A stretch of DNA of 64,000 nucleotides from an uncultured Gemmatimonadaceae bacterium (lineage in GTDB: Bacteria > Gemmatimonadota > Gemmatimonadetes > Gemmatimonadales > Gemmatimonadaceae). Positions 9,651-18,931 of the stretch are shown in pieces. The stretch spans positions 736,001-800,000 of the forward strand of contig CAWBOC010000005.1 in the NCBI GenBank assembly GCA_963790305.1, given 5' to 3'. The position numbers were made by a program, and so were the translations under genes. How positions within the stretch are numbered: the first letter of the stretch is position 1; each line of letters begins with the position of its first letter. The notes below the pieces were generated by a model. The model was not told the DNA's origin, made no database searches, and saw only the letters and a list, made by a program, of their open reading frames with translations.

Positions 9651-10062
9651 AGGTCCTCCACGGCACCTCACCACTCGCGCCGCGATACTCGATGCCCTCG
9701 AGCGCGCCGCCGCCACGCACTTCCCAGGTCGCGCCGCGCCCGCGGGGCGCGCAGCGCAGCTCCGACCCATCCCCGAAGCGAAGCGTGATCTCGCCGGCGC
9801 GCACGATCTCGAGCCACTCCAGCCGGCGCTGAAGCAAGCCAAGCAGGGGCGCGAGTCGCTCTGGCTCGCCGGGATCGATCGCGCGCTCGGAGCCATCGGG
9901 CTCGCGATAGCGGAATGGTGCCGCGATACGCACCTCCGCCGACGCATCGAGCGTCCAGGTCTCGATGCGCATCGCCGAAGGCTCGACGCACAGGCGGGTC
10001 ACCCGGTGCGCGTCGAAGGTCCACCGGTGACGGTCGGCTGATTCCTCGAGCGTCGCCGTCAT
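9649..10062 (-). CDS. Hypothetical protein (resembles DUF6188)
   Basis: 137-aa ORF co-oriented with msrA; GEITLRFGDGSELR..WEV pattern. Confidence 0.65.
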   Translation of the reverse strand: MTATLEESADRHRWTFDAHRVTRLCVEPSAMRIETWTLDASAEVRIAAPFRYREPDGSERAIDPGEPERLAPLLGLLQRRLEWLEIVRAGEITLRFGDGSELRCAPRGRGATWEVRGGGALEGIEYRGASGEVPWRT

Positions 10063-10075
10063 GCGCGACCGCCGC

Positions 10076-10621
10076 TCAGACCGACAGCCGCTCGAAGTGC
10101 ATCTTTCGCAGCTTCGCGATCTTGGGCGCGATCACCGCTTGGCAGTACGGCTGCCTCGAGTTTCGCGCGTAGTAGTCCTGGTGATACGTCTCGGCGGGAT
10201 AGAACTTCGTCAGCGGCTCAATGGTGGTGACGATCGGCTCACGCCAGACGCCGGTTGCCTCGAGCTCCTTGATGGCACGCTCCGCTTCGGCGCGCTGTTC
10301 CTCGTTGTGCGGGAAGATCGCCGACCGATACTGCGTGCCAATGTCAGCGCCCTGGCCATTGAGCTGAGTCGGATCGTGGATCGTGAAGAAGACGTCGAGC
10401 AGGTCACGGTAGCTGATGACGGATGGATCGAACGTCACCTGCGCGACCTCGGCGTGGCCGGTTGCGCCCGTGCACACTTGCTCGTACGTCGGGTTGGGGC
10501 GCGCGCCGCCCGCATATCCCGACTCCACCTTGATCACGCCCTTGAGCAGCCGAAACGCCGCGTCGAGGCACCAGAAGCATCCCCCGGCGAGCGTTGCGAG
10601 GTCGTGTTGGGTCTCGGTCAT
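10076..10621 (-). CDS. msrA: Peptide-methionine (S)-S-oxide reductase
   Basis: GGCFWC active site; GHAE, QYRSAIF and AETYHQDYY motifs. Confidence 0.97.
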   Translation of the reverse strand: MTETQHDLATLAGGCFWCLDAAFRLLKGVIKVESGYAGGARPNPTYEQVCTGATGHAEVAQVTFDPSVISYRDLLDVFFTIHDPTQLNGQGADIGTQYRSAIFPHNEEQRAEAERAIKELEATGVWREPIVTTIEPLTKFYPAETYHQDYYARNSRQPYCQAVIAPKIAKLRKMHFERLSV

Positions 10622-10630
10622 TCTGGAAGG

Positions 10631-11080
10631 CTAAACGACGTCATACTCCACCGCTACGTCCGGGGTCGCGACCGCGACCGTGCCGTACAGCGGTCACCGC
10701 TTCTTGAATTGCTCGATCAATCCAGCGGCGCGATCGCGGGAAACGCCGGCGAGCGTGAATCGCATGCGCACCGTGTTGAAGAGCGTCACGTCAGGGCGCA
10801 CTGGGCGGCTTCGATCGACGACCGCCTTGATTGTGACCGCAACATCCGGCACTGGCAACGACTGCTCACGCGCGATGACTTGCACGAGCTCGACGCCACA
10901 TGCCGCGACGCCGGAGAGAAACGCCTCCGGTGGCGTGAGCTCTTCACCCGGACAGCCATTCGCGACCGGGCCGTCGATAATGAAGTGATGCGTTCGCGCG
11001 CTGCACATCACGCGCCCGAACGTGGCAGTGGAACGCGCGTCGACCGCGTACTCGCGAGGGGGAGAGGGAGCGGCGGTCAT
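10631..11080 (-). CDS. OsmC/Ohr family peroxiredoxin-like protein; probable selenoprotein (UGA at 10694-10696 read as Sec)
   Basis: TPPEAFLSGVAAC carries the first Cys. The frame continues KKR-UGA-PLYGTVAVATPDVAVEYDVV-UAG, and the UGA occupies the family's C-P position. Confidence 0.85.
10651..10693 (-). promoter_or_regulatory. Putative bacterial SECIS element
   Basis: In the mRNA 3' of the UGA: upper stem GGUCGC/GCGACC with loop GGUC beginning 20 nt after the UGA; lower pairing CCGCU..AC/GUAGCGG. Confidence 0.65.
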
Positions 11081-11431
11081 AGCGTGGTAATGCGGAATCC
11101 AGCTTTGTCCTTGAATTGGCCGGTGACGAGCATGATGAGGTCGACCACCATCCGAGATGCCCAACCCGCCGAGCGTGATGAGCTGGAGAAATCCGGTGAC
11201 GTATTTGCCGACGTAGAAGCGATGCGCGCCGAAGACGCCAAGGAAAAAGCAGAGCAGCCCCGTCGTTAGGGCGCGCTTCTCGCTCGGGGTGTCGCGCATG
11301 GCGAGGGCACTGCTCCGGCTATCGAACTGCTCCACGCCGCAGTACGGACACTCACGCGCGATCGCGGAGATCTCCATGTCGCACGAGCGACATGGCATTG
11401 TTGCGGTGATGGGTGAATGCGGTGAGGTCAC
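11077..11431 (-). CDS. TM2 domain protein with N-terminal zinc ribbon; frameshift near 11154
   Basis: CRSC..CPYCG ribbon; LGVFGAHRFYVGK TM2 motif. Corrected end WMVVDLIMLVTGQFKDKAGFRITTL*, with ATGA overlap onto the OsmC start. The ORF track fuses this gene to OsmC artefactually. Confidence 0.85.
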
Positions 11432-11488
11432 GAATCCTCCGGGAGATGGCCTACCTTAGTGCCGGCGGGACGTGGCCGCAACGCCGCG

Positions 11489-11758
11489 TCAGCGGAGAAA
11501 GCGTTCGGCGAGCTGCTCGAGGCGCTCGTCCTTCTCCTGTCGCGCACGCGCGAGGATGCGCGTGACGTGCGGGTGCAGCCGTGGCTCGCCCCAGCGATAT
11601 CCTGTCGCTTCCTCCGCATCGCCGGTCAGGCCGTCGCGCGCGGCCTCGAGCAAGGCCGCGGCGGCCGCGGCATCGAACTCGGGGTCGTCACGGGCGGGAA
11701 GGGAAAACCGTCGCCGCGGGCCGCCGGAAGCGTCTTCGTTGACGAAAGCGCGCGACAT
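11489..11758 (-). CDS. Small hypothetical protein starting MSRAFVNED
   Basis: 89-aa ORF; N-terminus resembles the MSRAFVKE start of GreA/GreB-related proteins. Confidence 0.65.
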   Translation of the reverse strand: MSRAFVNEDASGGPRRRFSLPARDDPEFDAAAAAALLEAARDGLTGDAEEATGYRWGEPRLHPHVTRILARARQEKDERLEQLAERFLR

Positions 11759-11792
11759 TAGGCGAAAAGGTGCTCGAGCACCTCCTCCTGGT

Positions 11793-12431
11793 TCACACAA
11801 TCTCCTTGGACTCGATGATGCGTACTCCAGCCTGATCCTCGACCGCGGCCCGAACCAATGTGCCCGCCACCGCGCTCGCCTGTACTGGCTGGTACGTCTT
11901 CGGCACTATTCCCGCGAAAAGTTTGCCGATCTGCTCGCCCAGGCGGAACTCCGCGCGCTCGCCCAGCAGCAGCGATGGGCGTACGATCGTCACGCTTCGA
12001 TAGGGCAGCGCGCGGATTGCGTCCTCCACTTCCCCTTTCACTCGGCTGTAGAAAACGCGCGAGCGCGCGCTGGCGCCGAGTGCGCTCACCAGCAGAAAGT
12101 GTCGCGCCCCTTCGCGCAGGCCCAGGCGTGCGGCGGCCAGCGGGTAGTCATGATCGACGCGGCGAAAGCGCGCCTGGCTGCCGGCCTGCTTGATCGTCGT
12201 TCCCAGGGCACAGACGATGTGCGACGCGCGGAAGTGGACGGCCGCGTCGTCGAGGCGCTCGAAGTCGATCACGTGCGTCTCGACGCGCGCCGCCTTCGTG
12301 CCGTGAAGCGGACGTCGCCCAAGCGCAACCACGCGCGAAAACCGAGGCGACTCGGCGAACTGACGCACGCATTCTGAGCCGACCAGACCGGTGGCGCCGA
12401 GAACGAGAACCGAGTGTGGTGTGTCCGCCAT
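11793..12431 (-). CDS. NAD(P)-binding atypical SDR oxidoreductase (YraR/TIP30-like)
   Basis: LGATGLVG, CALGTT, YSRVKGEVE and RPSLLLGER motifs. Confidence 0.9.
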   Translation of the reverse strand: MADTPHSVLVLGATGLVGSECVRQFAESPRFSRVVALGRRPLHGTKAARVETHVIDFERLDDAAVHFRASHIVCALGTTIKQAGSQARFRRVDHDYPLAAARLGLREGARHFLLVSALGASARSRVFYSRVKGEVEDAIRALPYRSVTIVRPSLLLGERAEFRLGEQIGKLFAGIVPKTYQPVQASAVAGTLVRAAVEDQAGVRIIESKEIV

Positions 12432-12441
12432 TTGCGACCCG

Positions 12442-12648
12442 CTACTCAGTCCCCAACGCGCCCACCGACAGGCTGAGATCACGCCGCAGCGCGGCATCGC
12501 CTGAAATGATGTCGCGCCAGGTGATCTCCTGGCCTTTGCGCTTTCCCTTCTCGGTCACTTTGATGCCATCCGGAGAAATCGTGATCGTGTAGCGGACCCC
12601 GTCGAGCTCGAGCTCGCGCTTCATGGGGCGGTCGAGAGCGGTCGTCAT
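12442..12648 (-). CDS. Small hypothetical protein
   Basis: MTTALDRPMKRELELDG..., 68 aa, co-oriented with the downstream genes. Confidence 0.65.
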   Translation of the reverse strand: MTTALDRPMKRELELDGVRYTITISPDGIKVTEKGKRKGQEITWRDIISGDAALRRDLSLSVGALGTE

Positions 12649-12692
12649 GGGAGGTGTGTGTGGGTTGATCGAGGAATTCCGCATATCCAAGG

Positions 12693-12727
12693 CCGCGACT
12701 GCGCAGCTCGCAGTTCGCAGTTCGCGG
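12693..12727. repeat. Degenerate heptamer (CGCAGTT) repeat palindrome
   Basis: CCGCGACTGCG followed by CGCAGCT CGCAGTT CGCAGTT CGCGG, in a divergent intergenic gap. Confidence 0.6.
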
Positions 12728-12778
12728 TCTCCCCCGGGGTGTTGACCCCGCGCTGGACCGGTGCACATTCCCCGGGCG

Positions 12779-13688
12779 ATGGAATCCGACACGCTCCCCG
12801 AACCCAGTCCCGCCCCGCAACGCACGCTCGAGCGACTTCGTGTCGCATTCCAGGGAGAATTCGGAGCCTTTGGTGAGGAGGCGATCCACCTTCTCTGGCG
12901 CGGGGCGGCCGAGCCCATTCCGAAAGCGACCTTCGAGGACGTGATGTCGGCCGCGGAATCTCGCGACGTCGACTACGGCATGCTGCCCATCGAGAGCACG
13001 CTCGTCGGCGGCCTCGATGTCGCGTACGATCTCCTCAGTCTGCACGACGGCCTGAGGATCGTGGCTGAGGTCATCGTGCCGGTGCACCTCTGTCTCCTCG
13101 CGGTGCCGGGCGCGACCATCAAGTCACTGCGCACGCTCGCGAGCCATCCGGTGATGCTCGGCCAATGCTCGCATTTTCTCAGCCGCTATAAGCACATCAC
13201 TCCGCAGCCCGCCTGGGACACCGCCGGTGCAGCGCGCGACGTGCGAGACGCCGGCGATCGCACGCGCGCCGCGGCCGGAACGCGGCGGGCCGCCGAGCGG
13301 TTCGAGCTCGCGGTGCTGATGGACCACATCGAGGATCGGCCCGACAGCCAGAATGCGGTTTCTCGCCGTCGCTCGCGATCCGGCGGCGCTCAAGGAGAAC
13401 ATGCCGGTGCGTACGGCGTTGCTCGCGGTCTTTCCACACGAGGCAGGCGCGCTCGTGTCGGCGCTCGGACCCATGGCCGAGGCGAAGTTCAACATCTCGC
13501 ACCTCGCGTCTCGTCCCACTCGCGAGCCGTGGCGCTACCAATTCTTTCTCGAGTTCGAGCACACTGCCGGTGACCCGCGCGTGGACAATGCCTTGGCCGC
13601 CATTCGTCGAGCGACGGATGAGTTTCGATCGCTCGGCACCTACCCGCGGTGGATGAAGCAGGGGGCGGATCGCACGCCGCGGTGGTAG
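12779..13688 (+). CDS. pheA: Prephenate dehydratase with ACT domain; frameshift near 13350
   Basis: VAFQGEFGAFGE, LPIES, SHP..LGQC, (T)RF motif, and ACT region SRP..WRYQFFLE, LGTYP. Confidence 0.9.
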
Positions 13689-13771
13689 CGCATACTGGCA
13701 GCAAAGAGCCGAGCGCCATATCGTGTGGTGCGTCCGACGCCGGGCGCGACTCATCAGAGACGGGAGGAGTC

Positions 13772-14293
13772 GTGCGTCGCTCTTCAGCCATGGCCATGAC
13801 CGCCCTCGCCCTCGGCGCGGCGACGGCGCTTGCGTGGCCAATCGCGCATCGTCAGGCATCGCAGGGCACCGCCCTCGGGCAGCTCGGGTGGTTCACCGGC
13901 TGCTGGGCCTACACGAGCCCTCGCGTCATCATCGAAGAGCATTGGACGAGCCCGGCGGGCGGCACAATGCTGGGCGTCAGTCGCACCCTGCGGCGGAATC
14001 CCGCCGGCGACAGCACGATCGCGTGGGAGTTCATCCGCCTGTATGAGCGCGGCACCGACCTGGTCTATGCGGCGCAACCGCATAATCAGCCCGCGACCGA
14101 GTTCGTGTCGGAGAAGGTGAGCGACGCGGAGGCGGTCTTCGCGAATCCGGCGCACGACTTCCCGCAGCGAATCATCTATCGAAAAGTGCGCGGCGACTCG
14201 TTGCGTGCTCGTGTCGAGGGAACGCAAAACGGACGGACGCGTGGCAGTGACTTCCCCTACGCGCGTGTCGCTTGCGATTCGTTACGGCGCTGA
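13772..14293 (+). CDS. Secreted protein, DUF6265-like
   Basis: SD GGAGG then GTG; signal peptide; GCW, EEHW and FANPAHDFPQRIIY motifs. Confidence 0.8.
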   Translation: MRRSSAMAMTALALGAATALAWPIAHRQASQGTALGQLGWFTGCWAYTSPRVIIEEHWTSPAGGTMLGVSRTLRRNPAGDSTIAWEFIRLYERGTDLVYAAQPHNQPATEFVSEKVSDAEAVFANPAHDFPQRIIYRKVRGDSLRARVEGTQNGRTRGSDFPYARVACDSLRR

Positions 14294-14305
14294 CGAGCTG
14301 ACACA

Positions 14306-14812
14306 ATGGATCTGCTCGTCGTTCGCCATGGTGCGGCCGAGGACAAGGATGCGTTCGCGCGGACAGGACAGGACGACGATCTGCGGCCACTGACTCCCGG
14401 CGGTCAGAAAGAGATGCGGGAGGTGGCACGCGCCCTTCGGGAGCTCGTGCCGGAGATCGACGCCCTCACGACCAGTCCACTCGTCCGCGCCGTGGAGACC
14501 GCCGAGATCCTCGGCAATGCCTACCGTCGAGAGCCAGTGCCGGTCGAGTGGCTACGGCCCGAGGCGTCATACGAGGACTTCGCGCGGTGGGCGACATCGC
14601 ATCGAGACAAGAAGACGACCGTGATCGTCGGCCACGAGCCGCACCTGAGCGGGCTCGTCAGCTGGCTCACCGCGGGCTCGAAGCGGTCCTTTCTCGAGCT
14701 GAAGAAAGCCGGCGCCTGCCTGCTGGAGATGGAACGGTCGTCGGGTGCCGGATCGAGTACCCTGCTCTGGTCGATGGGCCCGAAGCAGCTGCGCGCCATT
14801 GGGGGGAAGTAG
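14306..14812 (+). CDS. sixA: Phosphohistidine phosphatase SixA family
   Basis: RHG, RPLT, SPLVRAVETA and VGHEP motifs. Confidence 0.9.
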   Translation: MDLLVVRHGAAEDKDAFARTGQDDDLRPLTPGGQKEMREVARALRELVPEIDALTTSPLVRAVETAEILGNAYRREPVPVEWLRPEASYEDFARWATSHRDKKTTVIVGHEPHLSGLVSWLTAGSKRSFLELKKAGACLLEMERSSGAGSSTLLWSMGPKQLRAIGGK

Positions 14813-14930
14813 GCGGGAGCAGGGCGTCGCGACAGAGTCGCACAGCTTCCTTACAACGCGTGCACATGCAATGCGCTCCGGTTCGAGCGGCCTCGCCGTA
14901 TTTTTTCCGACCCGCTCACCGGAGCCTCGA

Positions 14931-16766
14931 GTGCACCTCTCGCTTGCCCTAACGATTGCGACGGTGTGCGCCCTCGCCGCGCCCCTTCGCGCGCAGATCA
15001 CAATGTTCCGCGGCGGGCCGAGCCACACCGGTGAATACCGCACGCGCGGCGTCCCCGCATTCGGCGGCCTTCAGTGGCGAGTACAGACGAATGGCCCGGT
15101 GCGCTCCTCGCCCGTCATTGCCGGATCGACGATTTACATCGGCAGTGGGGACGGAAGCCTTTACGCGGTCAACGCCAACACGGGCGTCGTACGGTGGCGT
15201 CACGCGACGGGAGCCGCCGTCGCCTCGACGCCGGCGGTCGCGAACGGTCTCGTGTTCGTGAACGCCAACGACGGGCGATTCCGCGCCCTCCACGCAGCCG
15301 ATGGACGGTTGGCGTGGTCGTTCGCGACCGGCGCTCCTGTTCCGCTCAAATGGGGCTACGAGAGTGGGGAGATCTACACGTCGTCGCCCGCGATCAATGG
15401 GGCGGTCGTGGTCTTCGGATCGCAGGACGGTCACGTCTATGCGCTCGACGCGCGCAACGGACGGGAGCGCTGGCGCTTTCGCACCGGCGGCCGCGTCTAC
15501 GCCTCGCCGGCGATCGCGGCCGGAACCGTCTACGCCGCCGATCAGGCGGGAAGCGTCTTTGCGCTCTCCCTAACGAGCGGCCGCCAGGTCTGGCGGTTCG
15601 ACACCGAAGGCACCCGCCTCAACTCCGCGGACTGGGGATTCGACCGTACGACGGTGCAGTCATCACCCGCGGTGGCTGGCGGCGCGGTGTACGTGGGCGC
15701 TCGCGATGGATTCCTCTACGCCATCGATCGCGCCACCGGGACGCAACGGTGGCGTCATGATCACAAGGTATCGTGGGTGAACAGCTCGCCGGCGGTGAGC
15801 GGCGGCCTGGTATACGCCGGCACGTCGGATGGCCGCTTCATTCAGGCCGTCGACACCGCCACCGGTGCCGAGCAGTGGCGCGCGAGCGCACAGAGTACGG
15901 TGTGGGCCTCTCCCGCTGTCGATAGCACGCTCGTGTACATCGGCGAGGGCGACGGGACGGTATATGCGCTCGACAAGCGTACGGGGAAAGAAGCGTGGCG
16001 CTATCGCGTGGGGCAACGCGTGTTCTCGTCGCCGCTCGTCCACGATGGGCGCCTCTACTTCGGAAGCGATGACGGTGGCATCTACGCGGTGAACGCGGCA
16101 CGTGCGGAACCTCTGCGCCGCGCCGTCTTCTTCGACTCAGCGGTCATCGGATCGGCCATCGTCAGCAGTGAAGCGCTGCGAAGCTACCTCACGAGGCGCG
16201 GCTACGAGGTGCTCGACACGACCTCGCTCGCCCGATTCCTGAACGAGCGCGTGCGCGACCGTGCGCCGAGCGTGGTAGTGTTCGCCATGGACTATCTGCC
16301 GCGCTCGGTGGCGCCGGTCGCCGCCGATACCGTCCTCTTTCGACGCTACCTCGAGGCGCGCGGCAAGGTCGTGTGGATCGGGACGCCACCACTCCTCTGG
16401 CCACCACCGGACTCAGGGCGACGTACGCTCAAGGGCGTCACTCGTGAGGCGACCGCGAGACTGCTCGGCGTTCGCCACGAGCGCGGCAACTTCGACCTCA
16501 TCGGCGTGTCGAAGGTAACCGCGCAGGCGAAGCAGCTCGGCCTGGCGGATTGGTGGCTCGACAACTGGGGCGCGAATCCGGAAGACGTCACCCACGTGCT
16601 GGCCGAAGACGAGTGGGGCCTCGCCGCCGCCTGGGTGAAGCGCTATGGTGGACCGAGCGGAAGTGGCTTCATACGACTCTATGCCGGGGAGGGAACGCCC
16701 GGCCGTCCGTCGTCGATGATCGCGATCCAGACGGCGGCGGAGGTGTGGCCTCAGGAGCAGAGGTGA
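14931..16766 (+). CDS. Secreted PQQ-binding-like beta-propeller repeat protein with extra C-terminal domain
   Basis: MFRGGPSHTG start and many SSPA..G..DG.LYA....G...W repeats. Start is uncertain (14871 or 14931). Confidence 0.88.
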   Translation: MHLSLALTIATVCALAAPLRAQITMFRGGPSHTGEYRTRGVPAFGGLQWRVQTNGPVRSSPVIAGSTIYIGSGDGSLYAVNANTGVVRWRHATGAAVASTPAVANGLVFVNANDGRFRALHAADGRLAWSFATGAPVPLKWGYESGEIYTSSPAINGAVVVFGSQDGHVYALDARNGRERWRFRTGGRVYASPAIAAGTVYAADQAGSVFALSLTSGRQVWRFDTEGTRLNSADWGFDRTTVQSSPAVAGGAVYVGARDGFLYAIDRATGTQRWRHDHKVSWVNSSPAVSGGLVYAGTSDGRFIQAVDTATGAEQWRASAQSTVWASPAVDSTLVYIGEGDGTVYALDKRTGKEAWRYRVGQRVFSSPLVHDGRLYFGSDDGGIYAVNAARAEPLRRAVFFDSAVIGSAIVSSEALRSYLTRRGYEVLDTTSLARFLNERVRDRAPSVVVFAMDYLPRSVAPVAADTVLFRRYLEARGKVVWIGTPPLLWPPPDSGRRTLKGVTREATARLLGVRHERGNFDLIGVSKVTAQAKQLGLADWWLDNWGANPEDVTHVLAEDEWGLAAAWVKRYGGPSGSGFIRLYAGEGTPGRPSSMIAIQTAAEVWPQEQR

Positions 16767-16768
16767 GT

Positions 16769-16860
16769 GAGGTCGTCGAGGATGTCGAGGTGGTCGAGGC
16801 GAGGCACCGACGTTCCCTCGATCACCTCGATGACCTCGACGACCTCGACGACACCTCGAG
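16769..16860. repeat. 9-nt periodic palindrome, GAGGTCGTC family, copy 1
   Basis: (GAGGTNNTC)n, spacer, (GANNACCTC)n between convergent genes. Confidence 0.88.
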
Positions 16861-16865
16861 CACCC

Positions 16866-17594
16866 TCAGGTGTAAACCACACACCCCCGCTCCCTGAGCT
16901 CGTCCAGCCACGGCGTCTCTCCCAGACCGTTCCACCGCACGTCGAGCTTCTCCAGAGAGTGCAGCCCGCGGATCGCTTCGGGGAGGGAATCGAGCTGATT
17001 CTCGCGCAGGTCGAGGTGCATGAGCTGGCGCATATCGCCGATGGCGTCGGGGAGCGTCGTCAGGCGGTTGCCGCGCAGGCGCAGGTGGGTGACGCGATCG
17101 AGGCTGCGAATCGCGCGCGGCAAGGAGATGAGCGCGTTCCGGCCCAGGTGGAGCACCCGCAGGCTCGTCAGGCGGCCAATGGAATCGGGAAGCTCCTGGA
17201 GTGCGTTTCCGTCGAGGTGAAGCTCGCGCAGCGTCGCCAGCGCACCCATGGAGTACGGGAGAGACTTCAGGCCGTTGTCGTGCGCCCGGAGCTCCACGAG
17301 TGAGCCGAGAGCGCCGATCGTCTCCGGAAGCGCTGTGAGCGCGTTGCCGGCGACGTTGAGATAGGTCAGCGCCTTGAGCTTACCGATCGAGTCGGGCAGA
17401 CGTGCGAGCTTGTTGTTCGAGACGTACAGAAACTCGAGCGCGCGGAGCTCCCCAAGCGCTTCCGGCAGATCCGTCAGCTGATTGTAGCTGAGATCGAGCG
17501 TCGTGAGCTGGCGCTGCGACGTGACGTCGTCAGGCAGCGCGCTCAGCGAGCTGCCGTGCAGGAAGAGCCGTGTCGACTCGAAGTCGGCGGTCAC
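16866..17594 (-). CDS. Leucine-rich repeat protein
   Basis: About nine 23-aa LxxLxLxxNxLxxLPxxIGxL repeats. Confidence 0.93.
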   Translation of the reverse strand: MTADFESTRLFLHGSSLSALPDDVTSQRQLTTLDLSYNQLTDLPEALGELRALEFLYVSNNKLARLPDSIGKLKALTYLNVAGNALTALPETIGALGSLVELRAHDNGLKSLPYSMGALATLRELHLDGNALQELPDSIGRLTSLRVLHLGRNALISLPRAIRSLDRVTHLRLRGNRLTTLPDAIGDMRQLMHLDLRENQLDSLPEAIRGLHSLEKLDVRWNGLGETPWLDELRERGCVVYT

Positions 17595-18253
17595 TCCTCG
17601 TACTCGTCGGACCCCTGGACCCGGATGAACGACTGGATGTCGATCATGTCGCGCGGCTTCAGGTCCCGCACATCATCGCGCACCCTGTTGGCGAACGCCA
17701 GCAGGCTCGCGTAGGTCTTCCACTGTGGACGGGACTCATACTCGAACTCGCATCCATACTCCCGGGCGGCGATCCTGGTGACGTTGGGCTTGAGAAAGAT
17801 GTGCCGGTCGGGTGTCGCGAGGAAGCCGAACACGGTCACGATCGGCCAGGTCAGCACACGGGTCTGCTTGCGTGGAAGCTGGGAGACGACAGTGCACCAC
17901 TGCTCGAACTTCCGCTCTTCGCCTCCCCGGCCGTACAGGAACTCGTAGAGCCCCTCGGCGAACGCACGAGCGCCCGCTGGGGATTTGACGGCATCGCGAA
18001 GGGCCATCTTCTCGAAGGAAAAGAGAAGGTTCGTCCGGGATTCGATCTGGACCGCCCGCGCGGCCACCTCGCTGAAACGCCCCGAGCTCAGCTTGGCGCG
18101 GAAGGCGTTGCGACCAAGCGAGGCTTCCCAGCGCTCGTGCGCTTCCCACTTGTAGTTCCGCTCCCAGTCGAGGTAAGTCTCGTCGTGAAAGCCGTCGGGG
18201 AAGAAGCGCAGGAACTTGCGCCGGCACCGCGTCGCACTCGGCGCTCGCGTCAG
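17591..18253 (-). CDS. Conserved-looking hypothetical protein (start uncertain)
   Basis: Protein-like sequence from CRRKFLRFFPDGF to LKPRDMIDIQSF; abuts both neighbours. Confidence 0.75.
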   Translation of the reverse strand: MTRAPSATRCRRKFLRFFPDGFHDETYLDWERNYKWEAHERWEASLGRNAFRAKLSSGRFSEVAARAVQIESRTNLLFSFEKMALRDAVKSPAGARAFAEGLYEFLYGRGGEERKFEQWCTVVSQLPRKQTRVLTWPIVTVFGFLATPDRHIFLKPNVTRIAAREYGCEFEYESRPQWKTYASLLAFANRVRDDVRDLKPRDMIDIQSFIRVQGSDEYEE

Positions 18254-18729
18254 GGTCGCCTCCCACCGGCGGTGGGGGTCCGCGGAGTCGCGGTGCCTAA
18301 CGTGCCAGGCAATGAGGGCACTTGCCCTCGCGCCGAAGCCCGGGCCAGCCACAGAAGCTGGAGTCGTGTGATGCAGCCTTCGGTGACTATGTAGCGGCCG
18401 ACGTCCCGCGCGGCCAGCATTGTGCCCACGAATCCAAAGCCCAGGGCGACTATTCCGACGCCGGTGAGCGCCAGCGCGGCAGCGACTGCCACGGTCGCGC
18501 CGCCCATCGTCAACGCCGACGAATGATGCCGACGCAGCGGACCGAACTGTGGAATGAATTCCACTCCATCCTCGCCGAGCTTCACCCGCACGCTCGCGAA
18601 TTGCGGAAGCCGCACGCACAGATGATCTCCGTGGGGAACGACGACGTAGCCCATCTCCTCGAGCCCGGCACGAAACTCGGCCAGCTCGGGGACCAGGGTA
18701 GCGGCCGGCACCTGCCCGTCAGGCGTCAT
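18250..18729 (-). CDS. Hypothetical membrane protein
   Basis: 159 aa with two hydrophobic segments. Confidence 0.65.
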   Translation of the reverse strand: MTPDGQVPAATLVPELAEFRAGLEEMGYVVVPHGDHLCVRLPQFASVRVKLGEDGVEFIPQFGPLRRHHSSALTMGGATVAVAAALALTGVGIVALGFGFVGTMLAARDVGRYIVTEGCITRLQLLWLARASARGQVPSLPGTLGTATPRTPTAGGRRP

Positions 18730-18821
18730 GCGTCAAGGTTGCGGATGGCATACCGGCGGCGCCATGGCGCTGGCGTCCTCGGCGATGATCGCAAAGAGTA
18801 CATAGAGCGTGCCGTGGCAGC

Positions 18822-18910
18822 CGAGGTAATCGAGGTCGTCGAGGACGTCGAGGTGATCAAGGTGAAGTCGCATCGATTACATGGACATCCTCGACGACCT
18901 CGGTCACCTC
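18822..18910. repeat. 9-nt periodic palindrome, GAGGTCGTC family, copy 2
   Basis: CGAGGTAAT CGAGGTCGT CGAGGACGT CGAGGTGAT ... GACATCCTC GACGACCTC GGTCACCTC. Confidence 0.85.
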
Positions 18911-18931
18911 TTCATTAACTGTGGAGGAAGC

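Noticed and set aside
10694..11431. Apparent TM2-OsmC fusion protein (245 aa in the ORF track)
   Set aside because: Produced by one extra base near 11154; correcting it gives two genes with an ATGA overlap.
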